Shown here piece after piece: positions 1 through 10,416 of a stretch of DNA of 64,000 bases (the first letter of the stretch is position 1; the number at the start of each line of letters is the position of its first letter). The position numbers and the translations under genes are program-made. Source of the DNA: an uncultured Candidatus Rokubacteria bacterium (lineage in GTDB: Bacteria > Methylomirabilota > Methylomirabilia > Rokubacteriales > CSP1-6); contig CAVYTA010000004.1 in assembly GCA_963771355.1 (NCBI GenBank), positions 224,001-288,000 on the forward strand, in the 5' to 3' direction. The notes under the pieces are model-generated. The model was not told where the DNA came from, searched no databases, and saw nothing but the letters and a program-made list of their open reading frames with translations.

Positions 1-128
1 GAGGCCGGCGGCGATTTCGCGAAGTACTCCGCGAAGCCCGGCTCCTGAGAAAAGCTGTTGCGCCCGTTGCCGCAGCCGGCCAGGCCCACCGACAGAGCCA
101 GCAGCAGCGCCATGATACGCTCGGTCAC
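1..128 (-). CDS. Putative lipoprotein, 5' part only (runs off window edge)
   Basis: Manual translation from GTG at 128: MTERIMALLLALSVGLAGCGNGRNSFSQEPGFAEYFAKSPPA, with lipobox LAGC. Confidence 0.55.
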   Translation of the reverse strand, partial: MTERIMALLLALSVGLAGCGNGRNSFSQEPGFAEYFAKSPPA

Positions 129-134
129 GACGTC

Positions 135-2377
135 ATGATGACCGCGGGCGGCGAAATTCGCCACGATCTCGTGCTGGTGGGGGGCGGTCATACCCATGTC
201 CAGGTGCTGCGGGCCTGGGCCATGCGCCCCGTGCCGGGGGTCCGGCTGACCGTGGTGGTGGATTGGCCCGAGGCCGTCTACTCGGGGATGGTGCCCGGCT
301 TCGTGGCCGGCCAGTACCGGCGTGAAGACCTCGAGATCGACGTCCGCCCGCTGGCCCTCCGGGCCGGAGCGCGCTTCATCGTGACCCCGGCGGTGGGCCT
401 GGACCCGCGCGAGCGGCTCATTCACCTGGCCGGCCGGCCCCCGCTGCGCTATGACACGGCCGCCTTCGACGTGGGCTCGACGGTGGCGGGCCTCGCGCTG
501 CCCGGCGTGCGCGAGCACGCGCTGGCCTCGCGGCCCATCGGGCGCTTCGTGGAGCACGTCGAGGCCCTCGTCGCGCGGGCGCGCGAGCGCGGGCGCTGCC
601 GGCTGGTGGCGGTGGGCGCGGGCGCGGGCGGCGTGGAGCTGGCCTTCGCCTTCCGGGCGCGGCTCGAGCGGGAGGGCGTGCGCGAGGCCTCCGTGCTGCT
701 GCTGGAGTCGGGCCCGCGCGTGCTGGCCGGCTATCCCGCCGGCACTGCGCGCCGGGTGGAGGCCAATGCCCGCGCGCGCGGCATCGAGATCCGGCTGGGC
801 GCGCGTGTGGCCGAAGCGCGCGCGTCGGAGCTCGTGCTGGCGGACGGTCAGGTCGTCCCGTTCGACGCGCTGGTGTGGGTGACGGGAGCGGCGAGCCTGC
901 CGCTCTTCCACGGGGCGGGCGTGGCGCTCGACGAGCGCGGCTTCGTGCGCGTGCGCCGGACGCTCCAGCTCCTGGAGCACGAGGACATCTTCGCGGTCGG
1001 CGATTGCGCGAGCCTCGAGGGCGCGACGGATCTGGCCAAGGCCGGAGTCTACGCCGTGCGCGAGGGGCCCGTCCTCACCGCCAATCTCCGCGCCCGCCTC
1101 ATGGGGCAGCCGCTGGAACCCTATCGCCCCCAGCGCGATTTCCTGTCGCTGCTCAACCTGGGGGACGGACGCGCCATCGGCAGCAAGTGGGGCGTGAGCT
1201 TCGAGGGTCGCTGGGTGTTCCGATTGAAGGACTGGATCGACCGGCGCTTCATGGCGCGCTTCCAGGTGCTCGCGGCCGACGGCGCGCTCGCCCCCGAGTT
1301 CGCGCCTCTGCCCGCGATGCCTGGCGCCGAGGTGGTCTGCGGCGGCTGCGCGGCCAAGGTGGGCGAGTCCACCCTCAGCCGCGCGCTGGAGCGACTGGGC
1401 GTGGCGAGCGATCCCAGCGTGGTGCTGGGCCTGGGCGTGCCCGACGACGTCGCCGCGGTGGCCACCGAGCGCGGCGAGATCGTGGTGTCGAGCGTGGACG
1501 GGTTCCGCGCCTTCACCGACGATCCCTATCTCGTCGGCCGCGTGGCCGCGGTGAACGCCGCCAGCGACCTGTGGGCGAAGGGGGCCACGCCCCGCTGGGC
1601 GCTGGCCTCGGTGGAGATCCCGGACCTCGAGCCCGCGCGCGCGGAGGAGACCTTGTATCAGACGCTGGCGGGCGCGCGCGCCGCGCTGGACGCGGACGGC
1701 ATCACGCTCGTGGGCGGGCACACCACCAGCGGCGCCGCGCTCCACGTGGGCTTCGCGGTGCACGGAACCGCGCCCTCCGCCGACGCGCTGATGCGCAAGG
1801 GCGGCGTCTCGCCCGGCGAGCGGCTCATCCTCACCAAGCCGCTCGGCACGGGCGTGCTCTTCTTCGCCGACATGCGCGGCCGCGCGCGGGGCGAGTGGAT
1901 GGAGGCCGCGATCGCGTCCATGGTGCGCAGCAATGCCGCCGCCGCGCGCGTGGCCCGGGCGCTGGGCGCCACCGCCTGCACGGACGTGAGCGGCTTCGGC
2001 CTGGCGGGCCACCTGGGTGAGATGCTCCGCGCCAGCAAGTGCGCGGCGATCCTGGATCTGGCCGCCCTGCCGCTCCTGCCCGGCGCCGGCGCCCTGCTGG
2101 CCCGCGGCGACCGCAGCACCTTCCACCCGGAGAACGCAAAATCGCGACGCGCGCTCCGTATAGACGCGGGCGCGCAAGCCCATCCGGCGCTGGACATCCT
2201 CTTCGACCCGCAGACCTCGGGCGGGCTTCTCTTCGCGGTGCCCGCCGAGCGCGCGGAGGCGGCGCTGGCCGCGCTGCGGGCCGCCGGCGATGGCGCGACG
2301 CCGCCCTGATCGGCGAGGTCACGCCGCCGCGCGGCGATCAGGCGCTGTTCGAGGTGGTGGCGCGCTCTACTTCGTAG
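135..2377 (+). CDS. selD: Pyridine nucleotide-disulfide oxidoreductase / selenide,water dikinase fusion; C-terminal frameshift near 2290
   Basis: N-terminal GGGHTH and GAGAGGVE Rossmann motifs; SelD motifs CGGCAAKV, GGHTT, LTKPLGTG, TDVSGFGLAGHL, DPQTSGGLL. The usual tail (DAALIGEV...) lies in the frame ending 2377, while the main ORF stops at 2309. Confidence 0.9.
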
Positions 2378-2867
2378 CCGGGCGCGCCGCGAGGCCCATC
2401 ACGCGGCCCACCTGCGGCAGGCGCGGCAGCGCGTCGTGGGCGGCCTGGGCCTGGGCCAGCCGCGCGAGGATGGCCGGTGCCATCGGCGCGCCCCGGCGGG
2501 TGGCCTGGCTCACGTGCAGCGACATCAGCTCGTTGGTGGCGGCGAGATAGCCGGCGTCCGCGTGGAACATCTCGTGGATGTAGTGGATGCGCTTGGCGTC
2601 GTGACCGAGGAGCCGCGTGGTGAAGCGCAGCGGATCACCCTCGCGGACCTCCTGATGATAGGTCACGTGGGCCTCGAGGCAGAAGGTGGTGACCCGATGC
2701 GTGTCGCGGTGCGCGGCATCGAGCCCCACCCAGCTGAGCCACTCGTCCGTGGCGAGGTCGAAGACCACCACGTAGTAGCCCATGTTCATGTGCCCGTTGT
2801 TGTCGATCCACTCGGGGCGCACACGCGTGCGGTAGCGGTCGAAGGGCGCGGGAATCGGCTCGGTCAC
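2367..2867 (-). CDS. Hotdog-fold acyl-CoA thioesterase (4-HBT-like)
   Basis: VRPEWIDNNGHMNMGYY motif; GTG start overlaps the ogt stop. Confidence 0.85.
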   Translation of the reverse strand: MTEPIPAPFDRYRTRVRPEWIDNNGHMNMGYYVVVFDLATDEWLSWVGLDAAHRDTHRVTTFCLEAHVTYHQEVREGDPLRFTTRLLGHDAKRIHYIHEMFHADAGYLAATNELMSLHVSQATRRGAPMAPAILARLAQAQAAHDALPRLPQVGRVMGLAARPATK

Positions 2868-3370
2868 GGAAGGAGCGGGCGCTGGCGCGATTCGAGGGCG
2901 AGGAGCGCCCGCTTGATGGGAAGCCCGCCGCCATACCCGGTGAGGCTGCCGTTGCTGCCGATCACGCGGTGGCAGGGAATGACGATGGGCAGCGGGTTCT
3001 GGCCGTTGGCGGCGCCCACCGCGCGCACCGCGTTCGGCCGGCGGATGCGCCGCGCCACTTCCCCATACGCGCGTGTTTGTCCATACGGGATCTCCGCCAC
3101 CGCGCGCCACACCTTCACCTGGAAGGGCGTGCCGTCGAGCGCCAGCGGCAGGTCGAAGACTTCGAGGCGGCCCGCGAAGTAGGCCTCGAGCTGACGCCGC
3201 GCGTCCGCGAAGGGGCGCGGATCCTCATGCCAGGCCGGATCCGGCGTCATCCGACCCGGCCCGCTCATGAAGTAGATGAGCGAGAGCGCGCCCGCGCGGC
3301 CGGCCAGGAGCAAGCGGCCGATGGGGCTGTCCAGGTAGGCAAACTGGGTGGCGGCGGTATCGCTGGTCAT
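2864..3370 (-). CDS. ogt: Methylated-DNA-protein-cysteine methyltransferase
   Basis: IPYGQTRAYG, RAVGAANGQNP and PCHRV active-site motifs. Confidence 0.95.
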   Translation of the reverse strand: MTSDTAATQFAYLDSPIGRLLLAGRAGALSLIYFMSGPGRMTPDPAWHEDPRPFADARRQLEAYFAGRLEVFDLPLALDGTPFQVKVWRAVAEIPYGQTRAYGEVARRIRRPNAVRAVGAANGQNPLPIVIPCHRVIGSNGSLTGYGGGLPIKRALLALESRQRPLLP

Positions 3371-3441
3371 ACGGTTTCTGCTATCTTACCCGATGCTCGG
3401 ACAGCCCACGCCCGGCTCGAGCGAGCCCAGGGAGGTGCGTC

Positions 3442-4590
3442 ATGCGCTCAATGTGGAGTCTGGTGCTGATACTCGGGATGGCCACCGCCGCCGAAGCCCA
3501 GCTCGCGATCTCCGTGAACGACAACAAGGTGGTGCTGGTCAACGGCGCCGTCCAGGTGGTGCAGAACCCCGCCCCCGACACCCTGACCGTGCTCGACCTC
3601 AAGGGGGGCTCGCCGAAGGTGATCGCCGAGATCCCCGTGCCCGCCAGCGTGGTGGGTCCGCCGCTGTCCGTGGCCATCACGCCGGACGAGGGGCTGGCGC
3701 TGGTCACCTCTGCCATGAAGGTGGATCCCGCCGACAAGACCAAGACCATCAACGACAATCGCCTGTCGGTGGTGGATCTCTCGTCGAGTCCGCCCCGGTT
3801 GCTCGGCACGATGGAAACGGGCGCGTCGCCCGCCGGGATCTCGATCAACCGGCAGGGTAATCTCGCCCTGGTGGCCAATCGAGGCGAAGGCACCGTCTCG
3901 GTCTTCACCATCTCCGGCAAGACCGTGAGCGGGCTGGGCAAGATCGCGGTGGGGCCGGCCAACGGGGGTCCGAGCCACGTGGCCATCACGCCGGACGGCA
4001 AGATGGCGCTGGTCACCCGCGACGGGGACAGCTACATCTCCGTGCTGTCCATCGACGGCACCAAGGTCGAGTACACCAAGCGGGATCTCGCCGCGGGGCT
4101 CCGGCCCTACGGGCTCGACATCAGCAAGAACGGCGCGGTGGCGGTGGTCGCCAATATCGGCCGCGGCCTCGGCGACAACGACAGCGTGAGCGTCATCGAC
4201 CTCAAGGCCCGGCCGCCCCGCGTGGTGGAGACCATCTCGGTGGACCAGACGCCCGAGGGGATCAAGCTCTCGCCGGACGGCACCTTGCTGGGCGTGATCG
4301 TGATGAACGGGAGCAACAAGCCCAAGGAGTCCCCCTTCTACAACGACTCCGGCAAGCTCCTGCTCTATCGCCTCGACGGCACGCGCCTCCTCGGGCTCGG
4401 GGCGGCGTGGATCGGCCGCTGGTCGCAGGGCGTCGCGTTCTCGCCCGACAACAAGGTGATCCTCGTGGGCAACATGGTGGAGCGGAACGTCCAGGTGCTG
4501 CGCTGGGACGACGTCTCGCTGAAGGACCTGGGCGAGCGCATCAACGTCAACGGTGGCTCGGCCGCAATCCGCACCGCGGACAAGCCGTAG
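3442..4590 (+). CDS. Secreted YncE/YVTN-like beta-propeller protein
   Basis: Signal peptide, repeated (V/I)AITPDG and SVIDL blades, GGAGG RBS. Confidence 0.8.
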   Translation: MRSMWSLVLILGMATAAEAQLAISVNDNKVVLVNGAVQVVQNPAPDTLTVLDLKGGSPKVIAEIPVPASVVGPPLSVAITPDEGLALVTSAMKVDPADKTKTINDNRLSVVDLSSSPPRLLGTMETGASPAGISINRQGNLALVANRGEGTVSVFTISGKTVSGLGKIAVGPANGGPSHVAITPDGKMALVTRDGDSYISVLSIDGTKVEYTKRDLAAGLRPYGLDISKNGAVAVVANIGRGLGDNDSVSVIDLKARPPRVVETISVDQTPEGIKLSPDGTLLGVIVMNGSNKPKESPFYNDSGKLLLYRLDGTRLLGLGAAWIGRWSQGVAFSPDNKVILVGNMVERNVQVLRWDDVSLKDLGERINVNGGSAAIRTADKP

Positions 4591-5621
4591 CCCCGCGCTC
4601 GCCGCTCGCCTCCTGGTTCGAGGGCGCCGCCGCCGAGGACGCGTTCCGGCGGCACCGGCTCGGCGCGCGGCCGGCGCTCCTGTCCCCGCGCGACCGCGCC
4701 TGGCGGGCGATCGCGCCCGCGTTCGCCGACTGCCTCGCGCTGGCCGAGGCGGGCTCGCCCTTCCAGACCGCGGTCGAGCGGCGCTATGACCGCTCGGCCG
4801 ACCGCCGCCGTCTGCCGCGCGCGCTGGCCGCGGGGGAGTCGGTGTTCTTCCCCCAGGTGCACCAGGTGCTTCCGCGCCTCATGCGGCTCATGGTGGCGCT
4901 TCGTGCCAGCTTCCTCGGCGGGGGCCGCGAGGAATGCTCCTTCCTCTTTCTCGCCGAGGGGCGCGGGCGCGAGGCCCTGGGCCTCCACCACGACGGCGAG
5001 ACGGATGCCTTCTGGCTCCAGCTCGAGGGCCGGCGCCACCTCACGGTCGGCCCGCCCGTCCCGCGCGGCACGCCGGAAGACCTCGACCCGCGGGTGATCC
5101 CCGCGCGTCGCGCCGGGAGTCCGCAGCCCTCCGGCGGCTGGTGGTCGGGGACGCTGGGGCCCGGCACGCTCTTCTATCTACCGCCGCGCACGCCGCACCG
5201 GGTGGTCTATCACGGCCGCTCGCTCGCGCTGTCGCTGACGTGGAAGCGGCCGGGGCGCCGTGCTCGGCCCGATCCCGCCGCGCTGCTGGACTGGGACGTG
5301 GCGCCGGGCCGCGCCGATCGCGTGCCGCCCGCGAGTCGCGACCGGCTCTGGGCTCAGGCGCCCGCGCTGGCGGGCCACCTGCGCCCCGGCGCGCGCGCCT
5401 TCACGCTGCGCGTGCCCGGCGGCGCGCTGAGCTTGCCCGCCTCCGCGCATGCGCTCGCGCGCCGGCTCGCGGTCATGCCGTGGTGGCAGGGCGTGCCGGT
5501 GCCGCCGCGCGGGGGCGCGCTGGCCCTCCTCCTGGCGCACGGCCTCATCGCCCGCCGCGATCTTCCGCTCCGCATCGTCCCCGCGGAGCCGAAGGCGCTC
5601 GACGGCTGGCGCTTCGCCTGA
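4587..5621 (+). CDS. JmjC/cupin-domain oxygenase (YcfD/ROXA-like); start uncertain
   Basis: LGLHHDG...FWLQLEGRR...LGPGTLFYLPPRTPH gives an HxD...H triad; no canonical start codon near 4590. Confidence 0.6.
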   Translation, partial: VAPRSPLASWFEGAAAEDAFRRHRLGARPALLSPRDRAWRAIAPAFADCLALAEAGSPFQTAVERRYDRSADRRRLPRALAAGESVFFPQVHQVLPRLMRLMVALRASFLGGGREECSFLFLAEGRGREALGLHHDGETDAFWLQLEGRRHLTVGPPVPRGTPEDLDPRVIPARRAGSPQPSGGWWSGTLGPGTLFYLPPRTPHRVVYHGRSLALSLTWKRPGRRARPDPAALLDWDVAPGRADRVPPASRDRLWAQAPALAGHLRPGARAFTLRVPGGALSLPASAHALARRLAVMPWWQGVPVPPRGGALALLLAHGLIARRDLPLRIVPAEPKALDGWRFA

Positions 5622-5631
5622 GCGGGCGTCC

Positions 5632-6828
5632 TCACGCCGCCACCTGGCGCCAGAGGCGCGAGCGCGTGAGGAGCGCGGCGAGCACCACCAGCATGCCGGC
5701 GGCGGGATAGACGGCGGCCTGGCGCGGCCCGGTGAAGGCGGCGAGATAGCCGATGAGGAGCGAGCCCACCGGCGCCCCGCCCATGAGGCCGAGCTGGAAG
5801 AGCGAGAGGATGCGCGCGCGGTGGGTCTCGGGCGCGGCGATCTGCACGATGGTGCGGCCCTGGGTCATCACCACGCCCGCGCCGAGCCCCCAGAGCAGGC
5901 ACAGCAGCAGGAGGCCGCGGAACGGGAGCCCGATCGACATGGCGGCCAGGATCATCGCCCCGAAGGCCAGCGCGACGATCATGGCGCGGCCCGGCCGGCG
6001 GAGCGCGCCCAGCTTGATCTGCGCGAGCGTGGCGGCGATGGTGCCGCCCCAGAAGCAGATGGAGACCAGCGACAGCTCCGCCGATCCGCCGTGGTAGTCG
6101 TCGCGGACCATGAGCGGCAGGATCACGAAGAACGCGCCCACGTAGAGCACGCCCACCGCGAGCTGGGCCACCAGCACCGGCGCGATCACGGCCGAGCGCG
6201 CGCCTTCACGCAGGCCGTCCAGCATGGCGGCGAGCCGGCTCTCCACGACCGGCGCCGCCGCCGGCGGACCGGGCGGCAATTGCAGGGCGGCCAGACCGCC
6301 CAGCGCCAGCACCCCGGCCTGGAGCAGGAGCAGCGCCGGGGCGCCCACCGTCTCCGCCGCCGCGCCGGAGGCGATGCCCACGAGCTGCGCGCCGAACTGG
6401 GTGGCGGTCATGATGGCCACCGCGCGGCCCAGATTGCCCGTGGCCACGCGCGTGAGCATGGCGTCGCGCGCGGGCAGGACGAAGGCGCCGACGGTGCCGA
6501 CGCCGAGCGCGTAGACGATGAGGGCGCCATACGAGAGCCGCCCGCCGGCAACGGCGAGGGCCAGGCCCAGCGGGAGAAGCGCCACCAGGAAATGCCCGCG
6601 CACGAGGAGGCGCCGGCAGTCGGCACGGTCCGCCACCGCGCCGCCCAGCAGCATGAAGAGGATGGAGGGCGCCATCAGCGACATCACCGCCACCCCCACT
6701 CGCGAGGCCGGCTCGTGCAGCACCACGGTGACGAGCCAGGGGAAGACGATGTTCTGCATCCCGAAGCTCGAGAACCAGGAGGCGACGCCGGTGAGGTACC
6801 AGGGGAATGCGTGGGCGGGTTGCCGCAC
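5632..6828 (-). CDS. MFS transporter
   Basis: About 12 hydrophobic segments; GGAVADRADCRR motif A. Confidence 0.9.
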   Translation of the reverse strand: MRQPAHAFPWYLTGVASWFSSFGMQNIVFPWLVTVVLHEPASRVGVAVMSLMAPSILFMLLGGAVADRADCRRLLVRGHFLVALLPLGLALAVAGGRLSYGALIVYALGVGTVGAFVLPARDAMLTRVATGNLGRAVAIMTATQFGAQLVGIASGAAAETVGAPALLLLQAGVLALGGLAALQLPPGPPAAAPVVESRLAAMLDGLREGARSAVIAPVLVAQLAVGVLYVGAFFVILPLMVRDDYHGGSAELSLVSICFWGGTIAATLAQIKLGALRRPGRAMIVALAFGAMILAAMSIGLPFRGLLLLCLLWGLGAGVVMTQGRTIVQIAAPETHRARILSLFQLGLMGGAPVGSLLIGYLAAFTGPRQAAVYPAAGMLVVLAALLTRSRLWRQVAA

Positions 6829-6849
6829 TATCCACCGACCTTAGCACGC

Positions 6850-6878
6850 TTGACTCGGCCGACCCCGCCGCCTAGCAT
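6850..6878 (+). promoter_or_regulatory. Sigma70-type promoter for the LLM/aminotransferase operon
   Basis: TTGACT-N17-TAGCAT, followed by GAGGAGG RBS. Confidence 0.65.
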
Positions 6879-6895
6879 CCGGCGAGGAGGCGCGC

Positions 6896-7807
6896 ATGCG
6901 AATCGGGATCTCACTCACGAGCGGGCGCACGGTGTCGGATCCGCGCGCGGGCGCGCGCTGGATGGTGGAGCGCACGGCGGCGGCGCGGCAGGCGGGCCTG
7001 GACTCGCTCTTCGTGGGCGATCACCACGCCACGCCCGGCCCCTACTACCAGAACGTGCCCATCATGGGCCGGCTGCTCGCCGAGTGGGGCGCGACGCCTG
7101 CGGGCTGCCTCTTCCTCCTGCCGCTGTGGAATCCCGTGCTGATCGCGGAGCAGGTGGGCACGCTGGCCGCCATCGCCCAGGGCCGATTCATCTTCCAGTG
7201 CGGCCTGGGCGACGACGCCCAGCAGTTCGCGGCGATGGGGGCGGACATCCGCTTCCGGCCGTCGGCCTTCGAGGCGTCCTTCGATCTCGTGCAGCGCTTG
7301 CTCCGCGGCGAGACGGTGAGCGCGTCCGGCCGCTTCCGCCTCGAGCGCGCGCGCGTGGCGCTGCGCCCGGCCGAGCCGGTGGAGTACTGGATCGGCGCCA
7401 GCGCGGACGTGGCCATCGACCGCGCCGCGCGCATCGCCGATGGCTGGCTGGCCTCGCCGGGGCAGACTCCGGAGATGGCGCGCCGCCAGGTGGAGCTCTA
7501 CCGCGAGCGCTGCGCGAAGCACGGCCGGTCGCCCGCGGCCGTCGCCATCCGGCGCGACATCTTCGTGGGCGCCACGCCCGAGGCGGCGGAGGCCGTGGCC
7601 GGTCCCATCGTGAAGCGGGGCTATCGCGGCTTCGATCCCGCCGCCCTGGTCTGGGGCTCGGTGGAGCAGGTGACCGAGAAGTTCCGCGCGCTGGCCGCCA
7701 TGGGCTATACCGACGTGATCGTCCGGCACCTCACCGACGAGCAGGCCGACGTGCTGGGCTCGCTCGAGCGCCTCGCGGCGGTGCGCGAGGCGCTGCGGAG
7801 CACGTGA
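6896..7807 (+). CDS. LLM-class flavin-dependent oxidoreductase
   Basis: GLDSLFVGDHH, LPLWNPVLIAEQVGTL, RAARIADGW motifs. Confidence 0.85.
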   Translation: MRIGISLTSGRTVSDPRAGARWMVERTAAARQAGLDSLFVGDHHATPGPYYQNVPIMGRLLAEWGATPAGCLFLLPLWNPVLIAEQVGTLAAIAQGRFIFQCGLGDDAQQFAAMGADIRFRPSAFEASFDLVQRLLRGETVSASGRFRLERARVALRPAEPVEYWIGASADVAIDRAARIADGWLASPGQTPEMARRQVELYRERCAKHGRSPAAVAIRRDIFVGATPEAAEAVAGPIVKRGYRGFDPAALVWGSVEQVTEKFRALAAMGYTDVIVRHLTDEQADVLGSLERLAAVREALRST

Positions 7808-7811
7808 CGCG

Positions 7812-9014
7812 GTGACGCTCGACCTCGAGCGCGCCCGGCGCGAGACGCCGGGCTGCGCGACGGTGCTGCACTTCAACAATGCCGGCGCCGCGCTCATGCC
7901 AAAGCCGGTGCTGGACGCCCTCCAGCGCCATCTCCAGCTCGAGGCCACCATCGGCGGCTACGAGGCGGCGGACCGCGAGCACGCCGCGGTGGAGCGCGTC
8001 TACGATGCCCTCGCGCACCTGCTGGGCGGGCACCGCGACGAGATCGCGGTGATCGAGAACGCCACCCGCGCCTGGGACATGGCGTTCTACTCGCTCCGCT
8101 TCGGCCCCGGTGACCGCATCCTCACCGCCACCGCGGAGTACGCGAGCAACTACATCGCCTATCTCCAGGTCGCGGCCCGGACCGGCGCGGTGGTGGAGGT
8201 GATCCCCGACGACGAGCACGGCCAGGTGTCGGTGGACGCGCTCCGCCGCATGCTGGATGACCGCGTCAAGCTCATCGCCATCACCCATGTGCCGACCAAT
8301 GGCGGCCTCGTGAATCCGGCCGCCGCGGTGGGCCGGGTGGCGCGGGAGGCCGGCGTGCCCTATCTCCTCGACGCCTGCCAGTCGGTGGGCCAGCTCCCGA
8401 TGGACGTGACGGAGCTGGGCTGCGACATGCTCTCCGCCACCGGCCGCAAGTATCTGCGCGGGCCGCGCGCCACCGGCTTTCTCTGGGTCCGGCGGGACTT
8501 CCTCCCGCAGATGACCCCGCCCTTCCTCGACCTGCACGCGGCCACCTGGGTGGCGCGCGACCGCTACGAGGTGCGGGCGGACGCGCGGCGCTTCGAGAAC
8601 TGGGAGACCTACTACGCGGGGAAGATCGCGCTCGGCGTGGCGGTGGACTATGCGCTCGCCTGGGGCCTGCCCGCCATCCGCGAGCGCGTGTACCTGCTCG
8701 CGGCGCGCCTCCGCGAGCGGCTGGCGGCGCTGCCGGGCATCACCCTGCGCGACAAGGGGGCCGAGCGCTGCGGCATCGTCACCTTCACCGCCGCGGGCTG
8801 CGCGGCGGCCTTGATCAGGCAGGTGCTCCTCTCCCAGGCCATCAATGTCTCGGTGTCCTCGTACGCGGGCACGCGGCTCGACATGGAGGCCCGCCGCCTG
8901 CCGGGGGTGGTGCGGGCGTCCGTGCACTACTACAACAGCGAGGAGGAGATCGAGCGCTTCTGCGCCGCCCTGGCGCCGCTGCTCGCGCGTCCTAGGGGCG
9001 GGGCCGCAAGGTGA
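7812..9014 (+). CDS. Class V PLP aminotransferase-fold enzyme (cysteine desulfurase-like / EgtE-like C-S lyase)
   Basis: HFNNAGAAL, LDACQSVGQ, SATGRKYLRGP (PLP lysine), RASVHYYN; lacks the RxGxHC persulfide cysteine. Confidence 0.85.
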   Translation: MTLDLERARRETPGCATVLHFNNAGAALMPKPVLDALQRHLQLEATIGGYEAADREHAAVERVYDALAHLLGGHRDEIAVIENATRAWDMAFYSLRFGPGDRILTATAEYASNYIAYLQVAARTGAVVEVIPDDEHGQVSVDALRRMLDDRVKLIAITHVPTNGGLVNPAAAVGRVAREAGVPYLLDACQSVGQLPMDVTELGCDMLSATGRKYLRGPRATGFLWVRRDFLPQMTPPFLDLHAATWVARDRYEVRADARRFENWETYYAGKIALGVAVDYALAWGLPAIRERVYLLAARLRERLAALPGITLRDKGAERCGIVTFTAAGCAAALIRQVLLSQAINVSVSSYAGTRLDMEARRLPGVVRASVHYYNSEEEIERFCAALAPLLARPRGGAAR

Positions 9015-10416
9015 TGGCGTCGTACCAGGCGGTGGCGGTCTCGCCCGTGTCGTCGGTGTCCGTCATCACCGCCACGCCCACGAGCCGCGTCGGCTCCCCG
9101 CCGAAGAGCCGCTTGTAGTCGTCGTAGAGGTTGCGGGTCTCGGCCACCCAGCGGCCGACCTCTTCCCCTCCGCTCTCGAGCACGAGCATGCGCGCGCGGC
9201 TCGTGTAGGCATTGGGCAGGGCGGTGTTCTTCGCCAGGCGGCTGTCCCAGATGTAGTTGATGACGGCGCCGGGTGGGTATTCGCCGTAGAAGGCCCGGTA
9301 GAACTCGTACCGGGTCCGCTCCCAGATCCCCGCCCGCTCCGGATCGTAGCGGAACGCCACGTAGACGCGCGCGGCATAGTCGTCCCCGGACTTGCGAAAG
9401 GGGTTGCTCCTCTCGAGCACGCGCGAGACCTTCCAGCGCCAGGCGATCAGCTGGTAGACGCGCGGGTCCAGGTCGAGCGGGCGATAGAGCGCGGCGGCGG
9501 CGGCCTCGCTGTCGGCGCGGAGCGCCCACCCCGCGCCCTCGGGCACGATCTGGTAGCGCGTGTGGCGGTCGATCGTGCGAAAGGTCACCGGGCGCCAGTC
9601 GGGCGGCAGCGCGTCGGGGCTGGCGGGCGGGCCGAGGCGGAGCACGTCCAGCGGGGCCACCGACGGGGAACCGGAGGGGGCCTGCGCGCCGGCGCCGGGG
9701 GCACCCAGCGCCAGCAGCAGCGCGAGGGCGGTCACGCCGAGGCGCGGGTAGTACCAGCGGTGCAGCCGCGCCGGGCTCACGCCGCAGGCGTAGAGCAGGC
9801 GCAGCGTCCACATGAGGAGGGTGGTCCGCGCCACGCCCTCCTGCTCCCACTTGCGCGCCGAGGTGATCACACGCTCGCGGAGCGCGCCGACCCGGCCGCG
9901 CCGCTTGAGCCGGCGCGTGAGCTCGATGTCCTCCATGAGCGGGATGTCCGGATAGCCGCCCAGGGCCTCGAAGACGGCGCGCCGGACGAAGAGGCCCTGA
10001 TCGCCCGTCGAGATCCCGGACAGGCGCGAGCGCCAGTTCATGAGCCCGCCGATCAGGCGAAAGGGCCAGCGGGGATTGTCCAGGCGCACGTCGAAGCGCC
10101 CGCCCACCACGCCCGGCTCCGCCAGCGCGCGCGCGATGGCCCGCTCGAAGCCCGCGGGCAGGACGGTGTCGGCGTGGAGGAAGAGGAGCACGTCGCCCCG
10201 TGCCGCCGCCGCGCCCGTGTTCATCTGGCGGGCGCGACCGCGCGGGCAGTCGAGCACGGTGACGCCGGGCACGCGCGCGGCGATCTCGCGGCTGCCGTCG
10301 TCGCTCCCCGCATCGGCCACGATGACCTCGGCGCCGGGCGCCTCGGCGCGAAGCGCGGGCAGCAGGCGCGCGAGGTTCTCCGCCTCGCGCAGCACGGGCA
10401 CGATGATGGAGAGCAC
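8992..10416 (-). CDS. GT2 glycosyltransferase (TIGR04283-like) fused to a DUF3047-like domain
   Basis: LSIIVPVL, GRARQMN.GA, LFLHADT, GDQGLFVRR, LMED, TSARKW; hydrophobic linker; then WRWKV...KSGDDYAARVYVAF...MTDTDDT. Confidence 0.85.
   Translation of the reverse strand: MLSIIVPVLREAENLARLLPALRAEAPGAEVIVADAGSDDGSREIAARVPGVTVLDCPRGRARQMNTGAAAARGDVLLFLHADTVLPAGFERAIARALAEPGVVGGRFDVRLDNPRWPFRLIGGLMNWRSRLSGISTGDQGLFVRRAVFEALGGYPDIPLMEDIELTRRLKRRGRVGALRERVITSARKWEQEGVARTTLLMWTLRLLYACGVSPARLHRWYYPRLGVTALALLLALGAPGAGAQAPSGSPSVAPLDVLRLGPPASPDALPPDWRPVTFRTIDRHTRYQIVPEGAGWALRADSEAAAAALYRPLDLDPRVYQLIAWRWKVSRVLERSNPFRKSGDDYAARVYVAFRYDPERAGIWERTRYEFYRAFYGEYPPGAVINYIWDSRLAKNTALPNAYTSRARMLVLESGGEEVGRWVAETRNLYDDYKRLFGGEPTRLVGVAVMTDTDDTGETATAWYDAITLRPRP

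Noticed and set aside
1330..1360. Selenocysteine in SelD
   Set aside because: Active-site codons are TGC (Cys); there is no in-frame TGA here. The TGA at 2307 is explained by a frameshift.
5449..7815. Long overlapping ORFs (e.g. 5449-7815, 8845-10662, 13380-15218, 55515-58115)
   Set aside because: Arg/Ala/Gly-rich shadow frames of real genes in high-GC DNA, with no recognisable motifs.
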